DNA of 26,947 nt from a virus (Duplodnaviria > Caudoviricetes): positions 1 to 26,947 of the IMG/VR virus record IMGVR_UViG_3300031802_000011. One strand, 5' to 3'. Positions 1-7,630 of this stretch are shown here, piece by piece; positions within the stretch are counted from its first letter, which is position 1; each line of letters begins with the position of its first letter. The notes below the pieces were generated by a model. It searched no databases. It had not been told where the DNA came from and saw only the letters and a list, made by a program, of their open reading frames with translations. The position numbers and the translations under genes are program-made.

Positions 1-2256
1 GTTGCTGGGGTTGATATGAATATCTATTTTATCATTACCATAATTGAGCTCATACACATTACAGGTACTGTTGTTAGTATCACAGGCCGTGTTGTTGTAA
101 TAGGTGTTACTATCTGTTGTGATGTATGCTGTTGTTGCTGTGCCGTCGGTATTACTAGTTGATGTTGATGTGCCTGTTGTGACCAAGGTGGTTGTAGAAA
201 CATTGGTGCCAGCAGATGAGGAGTCATACCAATAATAAATGTAATCAGTATCTGTTTGTGTCTGATTATATGTAGTTGTGGTTGTGGTAGTAGTTGTGGT
301 GCCAGCAGGTGTGTAACTGACTGTGCCATCTGTTGTTGATACCACGGTGCCATATGTTTCCGTGCCACTTGTTGATGTAGATGTTGTCTCTGTTGAGCTA
401 ACGGCAGTCGTGGTGCCGTAAGTAGTTTCAGAAGACCCTACATAAGTTCCGTAAATAGTAATATCAAATGATGACTCATCTTCTTCTTCCTCTTCCCACC
501 AATATTCTGTCTCGTCCTCATCATTTGTGTCTGTCGTAGTGGTATCATCCATCCAAGTATCGGTGTCTGTTGTATCTGTCTCATCAGCATAATCAGTGTA
601 ATCTGTCAAGTTCGTATCAAAAGTATCGGCAAAGATGGTAGTTTCTGTTTCTTCATAATAGAATGTGTCCTCTGTTGTGGTTGTAACAGACACATATGTA
701 GTTGTGGATTCATATGTGGGTGTTGTTGTTTCTGGTTCATCAAACACTTCAACAACCTCTACAACTTCGGGCTCGTCCCAAGTTTCTGCGGTTTCTACCT
801 CAACTTCCATAACCTCTACTTCAACCTCAACTGTTTCTGTTTCAAATACAGGTCCAGTATCCATCACCGGACCTGTATCGTTCATTGGCATATCACTTTC
901 AAATACGGAAGTATCATCAAACATATTGGAGTCAGCCATCAGGGTGTCTTCACTAAAAGTTGGTTCTTCAAATGTAGGCTCATCAAAGACAGGTTCTGAT
1001 GTTTCTGTCTCAACAGGTTCTTCAAACACAGGCTCACTTTCTACTTCAACAGGCTCATCGACAAATGTTTCCGTTTCTACCGGTTGGTCATCAAACACTA
1101 TTTCTGTTTCAGCTATCTCCGGTTCAACTTCTCTAACTTCGTCCGTTTCCGAGCCCACTTCGTCAATTTCTCCTGACGTATCTCCATCGGATACTTCTTC
1201 AATAGGTTCATCTGTGATTTCTTCTGATGCAGAATCTTGTATCCCATCGGACTCATCTGATACGTCTTCTGACGTTTCTTCTCTAATTTCTTCAACTTCC
1301 TTATCCGTAATTTCAACATCATCTTGTCCTTTATCTTCTTCAGTTTGGTCTCCACCTTCTCTATCCTCCTCAGCGACTTCTCCTTCGTCATCTTCCACAT
1401 TTCCTTCATCACTATCTGATTCCAACTCGGAATCGTCTTCTCCGATTTCTTCGTCTGTCTCGGAATCTTCTTCAACTTCTCTGTCCTCTTGTCCATCTTC
1501 TTCTACCTCAGATTCTTTATCCTCAGATTCTTTGTCCTCAGGATCTTCCTCCACTTCTTCCGCTTCATCTTCCTCATCGGTATCTTGACGATCTTCTCTC
1601 CGGACTTCTCTCCTGACTACAGGTTCATTCATTATAGGTTCTAAAACCAAATTCATCCCAGCTAATGCAGAAGGAGAAGGTATAATAGGTAGGGGAGGTG
1701 CAATCGTCGGCGACAATACTGTTACTGTGTGAAAAGGTTGGGTTAATGAAACTGTTCCCGCCCTATTAGCGACTTGAACTTTACCAAGGCCGCCATCTCT
1801 ATCACGCAACAGCGTCACTGTAGTTACTCCCTCAGGTGTAACATTACCTGTAAGAGTAGTACCGCGGACAGTTATTGTAGCAGAGGGGGTTGTGATTTTT
1901 ACACGCTGTTCATTATTTGCTGCAATAGCGCCAGAAACATAACGAAACGATCCAACTGTCACATTGAAGGCTAACTCTCCAGTATTATTTGCAGGATCAT
2001 ATACAAAATCATCTATCATTAATTCAGAATTTTCGATGACTGTTACCGACGTTTCATCTGCAAAAATAATACCAATCTTTCCATCTTCACCTGTCTGGTA
2101 AAAATCATCCATCAACACATCATAGCCTTCAGCTATATTTTGTGTCTTATTTGATCTCTCATTCCAGGTGCGGCCTTCGTTGTGTTCAACCTTACCTACA
2201 CCTGCTAAAACCAATGTTGGGGTAAGCAAGAGTACCCATAATAAATTGCGAATCAA
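1..2256 (-). CDS. Secreted FecR-domain protein with long acidic and Thr-rich low-complexity extension (3' end outside window, at least 752 aa)
   Basis: Absent from the ORF track because it has no stop in the window. Hand translation from TTG at 2256 (TTGA overlap with the upstream stop) gives MIRNLLWVLLLTPTLVLA (signal peptide), then GKIGIIFADETSVTVIENSELMIDDFVYDP...GSFRYVSGAIA...VKITTPSATITVRGT (typical FecR beta-domain). E/D-rich, E/P/V-rich and T-rich tracts follow, and the same frame continues to base 1. Confidence 0.88.
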   Translation of the reverse strand, partial: MIRNLLWVLLLTPTLVLAGVGKVEHNEGRTWNERSNKTQNIAEGYDVLMDDFYQTGEDGKIGIIFADETSVTVIENSELMIDDFVYDPANNTGELAFNVTVGSFRYVSGAIAANNEQRVKITTPSATITVRGTTLTGNVTPEGVTTVTLLRDRDGGLGKVQVANRAGTVSLTQPFHTVTVLSPTIAPPLPIIPSPSALAGMNLVLEPIMNEPVVRREVRREDRQDTDEEDEAEEVEEDPEDKESEDKESEVEEDGQEDREVEEDSETDEEIGEDDSELESDSDEGNVEDDEGEVAEEDREGGDQTEEDKGQDDVEITDKEVEEIREETSEDVSDESDGIQDSASEEITDEPIEEVSDGDTSGEIDEVGSETDEVREVEPEIAETEIVFDDQPVETETFVDEPVEVESEPVFEEPVETETSEPVFDEPTFEEPTFSEDTLMADSNMFDDTSVFESDMPMNDTGPVMDTGPVFETETVEVEVEVMEVEVETAETWDEPEVVEVVEVFDEPETTTPTYESTTTYVSVTTTTEDTFYYEETETTIFADTFDTNLTDYTDYADETDTTDTDTWMDDTTTTDTNDEDETEYWWEEEEEDESSFDITIYGTYVGSSETTYGTTTAVSSTETTSTSTSGTETYGTVVSTTDGTVSYTPAGTTTTTTTTTTYNQTQTDTDYIYYWYDSSSAGTNVSTTTLVTTGTSTSTSNTDGTATTAYITTDSNTYYNNTACDTNNSTCNVYELNYGNDKIDIHINPSN

Positions 2257-3350
2257 TTTGTTAGACACCCCGTTGCACTGGCAGTATGATTTGTTATATT
2301 TCTATGACTTGATGTATTGGTGTCATAAGTGTATGTAGTATTGGCACCTAAATCAGCAATGTTTATACAGCCCGAATGTGTATCATTCCCACGTTGCTTG
2401 AGATCGTATGTAACTTTGTAAAGGCCTTCGCCATATATTTTCAGGCCAGCATAGTTACTTGTGCCTTCTTGGTGGACATCAATAGTATGTCCATCTCCAT
2501 CAAGGTCTATTTTTATTTCATCACCTGTTGTAATAGAATAAACACCTATTGAATTGGAGTCGCCATTCACATCTATAGACATAAACCCATAAATGTGTGC
2601 CATATAATTGGCATCGGTACAGCTAGTACCATACTTACATATCTTATTAGAATCTCCAGTAATAATAATATTACTTCTACCTGTATTAACTGCCTTAACT
2701 TGAACTTGATTACTACTACCTGTTATATGTAAGTAGTTATTATATTCCGTAATGTCCGAAAAATTGGCAAGTTCGGTCTGTCCTGTAGTGTAGTCACCTG
2801 TACCTTCATTCTGTAACCTCACCGTATTACTACTGCCGTCTATATATGTCTTCATCGTTTGACGGGAGCCATAGATGCGGTTTCTAATAGTGTTACTAGA
2901 ACCACCTACAATATCAACCTCTACTGAGGTGTTACTATGGTCATGTGCGGCATCAGTTATAACTACTGAGTTACTAGAACCACTTCCAGCAATATTGACA
3001 TCAAGGTGATGGTAACTGCTAGTAGTATGTAAATAAGTTGTTTTGATGGAAGAGCCATTGTTGGAACCTCCTATGTAACCGGTGTAAGAACAATTATCAC
3101 ATTGAAAGTTTCCTTTGATGTAACTAATAGTTCCTGACTGCTCTTGAGTAATATCTACTATTACATTGTTGCCTGATATGACAAAATCATTACCAGACGA
3201 TGTTCCATACATTTCTGTATGGGGAGAGGCCTGTTTGATAATTATAGTACTGTTGGTGAGATCATCAAAATCGCCCCACAGTAAATTGTGTGCATTACTG
3301 GTGGGGACTAAAATCAACCATAGTATCATGCAGCTTATCAGTTTTTTCAT
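2253..3350 (-). CDS. Curlin-like (CsgA/CsgB-like) secreted beta-repeat protein
   Basis: Signal peptide (MKKLISCMILWLILVPTSNA), SD GAGGT upstream, and G/N/S/T-rich composition. About 9 degenerate repeats of the form hxhxGxSNxh: VNIAGSGSSNSV, VDIVGGSSNTI, TYIDGSSNTV, LHITGSSNQV, IIITGDSNKI, IDVNGDSNSI, IDLDGDGHTI, VHQEGTSNYA, LKQRGNDTH. Directly downstream of csgG. Confidence 0.7.
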   Translation of the reverse strand: MKKLISCMILWLILVPTSNAHNLLWGDFDDLTNSTIIIKQASPHTEMYGTSSGNDFVISGNNVIVDITQEQSGTISYIKGNFQCDNCSYTGYIGGSNNGSSIKTTYLHTTSSYHHLDVNIAGSGSSNSVVITDAAHDHSNTSVEVDIVGGSSNTIRNRIYGSRQTMKTYIDGSSNTVRLQNEGTGDYTTGQTELANFSDITEYNNYLHITGSSNQVQVKAVNTGRSNIIITGDSNKICKYGTSCTDANYMAHIYGFMSIDVNGDSNSIGVYSITTGDEIKIDLDGDGHTIDVHQEGTSNYAGLKIYGEGLYKVTYDLKQRGNDTHSGCINIADLGANTTYTYDTNTSSHRNITNHTASATGCLTN

Positions 3351-4329
3351 ACGCTACCTCTTTAAGAATTTTAAGTCCTAAATCTGTACTATCATAAATT
3401 TCTTTCACCACTGTGGGTGTCCAAAAATCTTTAGCATAATCATAAACATCAATAAAGTCCATGTTAGCTTCATAGTTACCTAATTCTACTGGACCCTGTT
3501 CTGCATCATCATCTATTTTATAATCAAGTTGGGGATTCCACTTATACTTCCAAAGACCTTTTACTTCACCATCTTCTATAATATGCACCACTCCCAATTC
3601 AATAGCTTTTCTAACTGCATAAGTAACAGGTTCATTTGTCGCAATACCAGCTTCAACCTCTACCAATTTAGTGGCTGTGTCTAAGTATTTAAATATATCT
3701 CCATGAATACCTGCAGAGGCAATAGATTTCTCAACTACAACAGTTAATTCTATCTCTCCGCTTGTTACATTAATAAGTCTTAAAACTATCGTCACAGTAT
3801 CAAGGCGATACTCCGCACTTGCTCCGATACCTAAAAATCTTGCGCCGGCTCCGCCTGACACGGTATTAGTATCATAACTGACAATAGCACCTGTAATATA
3901 AGCACCTGCATATAACATTGGGCCTATAGGTTTAGCCTTATCTCCATGTTGTATCTGGCGAGTTGTTCTAATCAGTTTTCTTTCTTGCAATAAACTCTGC
4001 AACGTATCTCGTTCTAATACTCTAAACCATTTACCATTCCCTGCATCTTGTAATGCCTTAATCAATAAATGCTGAGAACCTTGGGTAACTGCCTTAGACA
4101 TTTCAGCATATGCACCACCAGGCTTCTGTTGTCCTGTTTGATCTGTAAATCCATAAACAGCTAAAATAATTGGACTTTGATCTGGTGCCCTCATATCAGA
4201 TAAAACGCTATGATTAGTCACTTGCTTTCTAGGTGCGTGTTCTATGTTCTTTAAAGTAGTTGCCATAGTTGAAGCGCAACCAGAGAGAACTAAAGCGAGA
4301 GTGATGATGGTTAATATTCTACTAATCAT
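3295..4329 (-). CDS. csgG: Curli secretion channel lipoprotein CsgG
   Basis: Lipobox LALVLSG-C after the ATG at 4329 (ATGA overlap with the csgF stop). CsgG motifs: AVYGFTDQTGQQKP, SKAVTQGSQHLLIKALQDAGNGKWFRVLER..LQSLLQERKLIR, GAIVSYDTNTVSGGAGARFLGIGAS.EYRLDTVTIVLRLINV.SGEI, EAGIATNEPV, GLW. Confidence 0.95.
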   Translation of the reverse strand: MISRILTIITLALVLSGCASTMATTLKNIEHAPRKQVTNHSVLSDMRAPDQSPIILAVYGFTDQTGQQKPGGAYAEMSKAVTQGSQHLLIKALQDAGNGKWFRVLERDTLQSLLQERKLIRTTRQIQHGDKAKPIGPMLYAGAYITGAIVSYDTNTVSGGAGARFLGIGASAEYRLDTVTIVLRLINVTSGEIELTVVVEKSIASAGIHGDIFKYLDTATKLVEVEAGIATNEPVTYAVRKAIELGVVHIIEDGEVKGLWKYKWNPQLDYKIDDDAEQGPVELGNYEANMDFIDVYDYAKDFWTPTVVKEIYDSTDLGLKILKEVAYEKTDKLHDTMVDFSPHQ

Positions 4330-4838
4330 CCTTCTTCGTCTCCCCAAGCCCAACCCTCCTTCTCTTGGAAAGGCATCGTATAATCATAGATAGTATTGCC
4401 AGCGGCATCTGTGATGGTCAGTGTTGTACCATCTGCATCGTTGTTTGTACCTGTAGATGCCCAAGTAATGGTGTAACCATCTATTACCGTTGTGCCTCCA
4501 TCTTGTCTTGTGCCGTCTGTACCAAACACATTATCTATGATGTTCTTTGCCAATGCGGTGTAGAATCGTGACTCTAAATTCTTACGGAACAATTCTATGG
4601 GTGTGTTCGCTAATTCATATTCCAATTCCAGTGCTAGTGCTTTGGCCTCATCTTCGGCCTTTTTCTTGATGGCCTGCTTGCGTGTTGTTTCTAGGTTCTC
4701 TATCGTTAGATAATGCGAGCTGGTTCCTATACCACTAAAACTAGGTGAATGAAATTTAAAATTTATTTGGCCTGCAAATGCAGAGGAAACTCCACATACA
4801 GCAAGAGCTGCCAATAATAAAAGGTTACTTCTTTTCAT
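4326..4838 (-). CDS. csgF: Curli assembly protein CsgF
   Basis: Signal peptide, then mature N-terminus GQINFKFHSPSFSGIG, resembling the CsgF N-terminal F-x-F-x-x-P-x-F-x-G segment that binds CsgG. Translationally coupled to csgG. Confidence 0.85.
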   Translation of the reverse strand: MKRSNLLLLAALAVCGVSSAFAGQINFKFHSPSFSGIGTSSHYLTIENLETTRKQAIKKKAEDEAKALALELEYELANTPIELFRKNLESRFYTALAKNIIDNVFGTDGTRQDGGTTVIDGYTITWASTGTNNDADGTTLTITDAAGNTIYDYTMPFQEKEGWAWGDEEG

Positions 4839-5097
4839 GTTCTATTTCCTCCAACTTCTTTAACTTTTGTTCTTCTGACAGTTCTATAAAAACATTTAAT
4901 TTCTGATCTAATCTAATAAGGTCATTATCTAGCATTCTAACTCGGTCTATCAACTTAACCAATACAGTAAAGGTTTCTCCAAGTTTAACTTTAATCTGTG
5001 CGGTGACATACTTCCAAATAAAATAAATGAAATAACCAAGGCCTCCCGCTATTACGACTGGAAGACCGAAACGATTTACAAACTCTGTTAAGTCCAT
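4825..5097 (-). CDS. Small membrane protein (1 TM + coiled coil), paralogue of 5097..5387
   Basis: Hydrophobic FGLPVVIAGGLGYFIYFIWKY followed by LIDRVRMLDNDLIRLD. TAATG coupling to the upstream gene; overlaps the csgF start. Confidence 0.8.
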   Translation of the reverse strand: MDLTEFVNRFGLPVVIAGGLGYFIYFIWKYVTAQIKVKLGETFTVLVKLIDRVRMLDNDLIRLDQKLNVFIELSEEQKLKKLEEIEHEKK

Positions 5098-5387
5098 TAA
5101 TCTTTCCTTGCATCTTTCTGTCCGTCTGTTCTAGCTATTCTTTCCAAGTCTGGTCTTATACCTACAACTTGGCAGATTAAAGTATCAATACGGATCACAT
5201 CATTGTTCATTGTGCGTACACGATTATCCAATGCCGTAATCATACTATGCAAACTCTTAGCCTGTCCTACAACAGACTCAAGGATATATTTGATTAATAG
5301 GATAATAAAGAACCCCATCCCTATTGCTGCTGCAACAGAGAATCCTAGTTCTAAAAGTTGAATAACGAAGTCAGGTTTCGGAGCCAT
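5097..5387 (-). CDS. Small membrane protein (1 TM + coiled coil), paralogue of 4825..5097
   Basis: LGFSVAAAIGMGFFIILLIKY followed by LDNRVRTMNNDVIRID. Start moved to ATG 5387, which has a GGAGA SD; the track start at 5408 is possible. Confidence 0.8.
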   Translation of the reverse strand: MAPKPDFVIQLLELGFSVAAAIGMGFFIILLIKYILESVVGQAKSLHSMITALDNRVRTMNNDVIRIDTLICQVVGIRPDLERIARTDGQKDARKD

Positions 5388-5589
5388 GCGTATGTCTCCG
5401 GTTGACATGATTATTCAATTCACGGAGGACATCACTTGCTGTTTGTTTAAACAGAAAGGGAAATATAGCATGGATGAAACTAACAAAAAATAAAAACAAA
5501 AAAGTAAGACTATATCTTAACGCTTGCAGTCCATGTTGCAAGTAAGTCTCATTTATTTCTTTAGGATGTTTAGTAAATAGTTTTGTCAC
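5371..5589 (-). CDS. DUF6356-like small membrane protein
   Basis: Motif LFTKHPKEINETYLQH...IHAIFPFLFKQTAS recognised by eye. Likely GTG start at 5589; the track start at 5625 overlaps the upstream gene. Confidence 0.7.
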   Translation of the reverse strand: MTKLFTKHPKEINETYLQHGLQALRYSLTFLFLFFVSFIHAIFPFLFKQTASDVLRELNNHVNRRHTHGSET

Positions 5590-5594
5590 ATAAC

Positions 5595-5602
5595 TATTTA
5601 TC
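5595..5602 (-). promoter_or_regulatory. Putative T4-type late promoter (GATAAATA)
   Basis: 7/8 match to TATAAATA, intergenic, with a 5-nt spacer (GTTAT) before GTG at 5589. Confidence 0.45.
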
Positions 5603-5605
5603 AAA

Positions 5606-5854
5606 TTATTTAGTAGGCCCCCCATCTGGACGCCTAATTGGTGCTTTCTTGGGTTGTTCTTCTTCTACAAACATCTCTAGCTGTTTGCTTTTTGCCACCG
5701 TTTCATCATGTTTATTGGTGACTTTATTTAACAGTTTTTCTATCTTCGCATCAAACCATTTACCTGTTTTTGTTGTTGCAAACCATTTGTAAAAGGAGTT
5801 ACCTATAACTCCCATTATCATTGATCGCAAAACAAACCAAAATAAAAAGCCCAT
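5606..5854 (-). CDS. Hypothetical small protein with hydrophobic N-terminus
   Basis: 82-aa ORF, TAATG-coupled to the upstream gene. Confidence 0.7.
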   Translation of the reverse strand: MGFLFWFVLRSMIMGVIGNSFYKWFATTKTGKWFDAKIEKLLNKVTNKHDETVAKSKQLEMFVEEEQPKKAPIRRPDGGPTK

Positions 5855-6360
5855 TACCAGCCTTGTCGTTCACGATAAGAAGAATGTTTCAAGGCCATTC
5901 CACCTGTAATTCTCAATACTCTATATACTACTTTTACTTTGAGATTTGGTACTGTAGGTTGGGCCGCGGTCATACCTTCTAACATAACACTATCAGCATT
6001 TTTTCTCAACTTTTTTATTTTTTCTTTTGAAAATACAGCTTTGTTTTCTCTTAGTGCTTCGTAGAGTACATCATGTATTACTGCCGCACGAGCAACATCC
6101 CAAGGTGCTATAAAAGACCACGCCGCTCTATGTATAGAAGCAAGGTCTGTATGATACCCAGCTCTTATTATAACTTTGGTCTTCGTAGAAGGAGGCCCTT
6201 CTCGTTTAATTGTTCTCTTTACTTCAACACCAAGTTCTCTCCACTCAGAAAAATATTGATGAGCTTGAGCAGATAAAAACCATAAGTCTTTATCTAGTTC
6301 CCAATGACGAGGTCCGTGGAAGGTACATTTAAGTTTACCAGACCATACTTTACTTGTCAC
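5854..6360 (-). CDS. DUF1353-family protein
   Basis: Signature GYHTDLASIHR..W......ARAAVIHDVLY....ADSVMLEGM. Confidence 0.8.
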   Translation of the reverse strand: MTSKVWSGKLKCTFHGPRHWELDKDLWFLSAQAHQYFSEWRELGVEVKRTIKREGPPSTKTKVIIRAGYHTDLASIHRAAWSFIAPWDVARAAVIHDVLYEALRENKAVFSKEKIKKLRKNADSVMLEGMTAAQPTVPNLKVKVVYRVLRITGGMALKHSSYRERQGW

Positions 6361-6703
6361 CTTCGTAATACTCCTTATACTTTTGTAGAATGATTACATA
6401 CTCGCCCAACTTTATTCTTATCTCTGCTAAGTTTAACGCCAAAGTTCCATAATCTTTATGTCTCAATGCAAACAATGCTACACCTTCATTATCTTTTCTT
6501 AGTGTTTCCCACACTTCAGTTATATTTTCTTCTGTGACAATGATCCACTCAACGTCTTGTAAAACTACAGGTTGGGGAGCATCAATACTTAACTGTAATT
6601 TTTCTTTCGGAGCAGTAAGAATTTCAAGTGACTTTATTCCTTTTCCTGCACACCCCATTAATAAAAGTGGTGTCAATATCAAAACCATCATCAACCTTTT
6701 CAT
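6350..6703 (-). CDS. Putative o-spanin (outer-membrane lipoprotein)
   Basis: MKRLMMVLILTPLLLMG-C lipobox from ATG 6703, Pro-containing linker, C-terminal helix ending YKEYYE. Downstream of an i-spanin-like gene. Confidence 0.7.
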   Translation of the reverse strand: MKRLMMVLILTPLLLMGCAGKGIKSLEILTAPKEKLQLSIDAPQPVVLQDVEWIIVTEENITEVWETLRKDNEGVALFALRHKDYGTLALNLAEIRIKLGEYVIILQKYKEYYEGDK

Positions 6704-6713
6704 AATTTTTTCC

Positions 6714-7142
6714 TCAATCTTTATCATATATACCAAGTTGAGTTGCACAAGTATTAGTAGGTCCTAATACAGCATATGCAGCTTCCCAACTATTAACACC
6801 ATTCACATCTATCTCTGGCACTATCTTATTTAAAAAATCTTCTTCAGTATATTCTAACTGAAATCTCCTAACAATACATCTACAAAATTTAGGACCTATA
6901 GAAATTAACAATTTTAAATCATATCCCATACCTGTTAATCTTCCATTAGACACCCTGGTCTCTAATCTATTCATACACAGGACATCCCAATTTTCTATAG
7001 TACTATCTTTATAAGGACAAGCAGCACGACTTACACCATCATACGGTGACATACACGGACCCTTAGGCCATGGGTCATTAGCATACGCTTTAGATGTAAA
7101 TAATAACATTATTAACAACCCACCAAGAAAAGATATCTTCAT
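6714..7142 (-). CDS. Hypothetical secreted Cys-containing protein
   Basis: Signal peptide ending AYA; six Cys including FCRC; TAATG-coupled to the upstream gene. Confidence 0.7.
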   Translation of the reverse strand: MKISFLGGLLIMLLFTSKAYANDPWPKGPCMSPYDGVSRAACPYKDSTIENWDVLCMNRLETRVSNGRLTGMGYDLKLLISIGPKFCRCIVRRFQLEYTEEDFLNKIVPEIDVNGVNSWEAAYAVLGPTNTCATQLGIYDKD

Positions 7143-7606
7143 TACTTACCTTCTCCGGTGTATTTAGGATGTATTGATGGACACTCACTATTAAACTGAG
7201 AAGGCTTACTAGCATTCTTTTCTTGTTCTGTTAATGGTGAACCTGTCAATATCTCAAAACATCTCTTGACCCTACCAGAGGCTCTATTGATAACTCTCTG
7301 GACAAGAACAGGTTTATTCTGGGCAAGAATATCTAATTCATGCTTACCTAGTTTGCCAGCGAGATTATTTTTCTCAGTAGTTAATTGATTAGTTCTATCA
7401 CGCAATTCATTATTAGCTTTTTGAATGGCCTCAGCCTGTCGTGATAGACTTTCTATAACAGCGTTCTGCTCTGTAACAGCACCTTCAAGTTTTGCATGAT
7501 TAACTTCTAATACTTTATTGTCAGCTTGTAACTTTTGTATCCAAGTATAGCCTCCAAAACCACCTGCACCTAGTAAAATTACTAGAATAATAACAACTTG
7601 TATCAT
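7142..7606 (-). CDS. Putative i-spanin (inner-membrane anchored coiled coil)
   Basis: N-terminal TM, long coiled coil, LAQNKPVLVQRVINRAS segment and two C-terminal Cys. Strong SD GAGGAG. Confidence 0.7.
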   Translation of the reverse strand: MIQVVIILVILLGAGGFGGYTWIQKLQADNKVLEVNHAKLEGAVTEQNAVIESLSRQAEAIQKANNELRDRTNQLTTEKNNLAGKLGKHELDILAQNKPVLVQRVINRASGRVKRCFEILTGSPLTEQEKNASKPSQFNSECPSIHPKYTGEGK

Positions 7607-7622
7607 AATAACTCCTCGTCAA

Positions 7623-7630
7623 TATTTATT
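7623..7630 (-). promoter_or_regulatory. Putative T4-type late promoter (AATAAATA) for the spanin block
   Basis: 7/8 match overlapping the upstream stop, followed by TTGAC-GAGGAG-TTATT-ATG. Confidence 0.45.

Noticed and set aside
24-1496. Minus-strand ORFs 24..368 (Q/H-rich) and 1113..1496 (K-rich)
   Set aside because: Alternative frames of low-complexity DNA inside the FecR gene.
665-1588. 307-aa Ser-rich plus-strand ORF
   Set aside because: Antisense shadow of the E/D/T-rich region of the minus-strand FecR gene.
4330-4353. MGLGRRRR N-terminal extension of CsgG resembling a twin-arginine signal
   Set aside because: It lies inside csgF; ATG 4329 gives an ATGA-coupled start with a normal lipoprotein signal.
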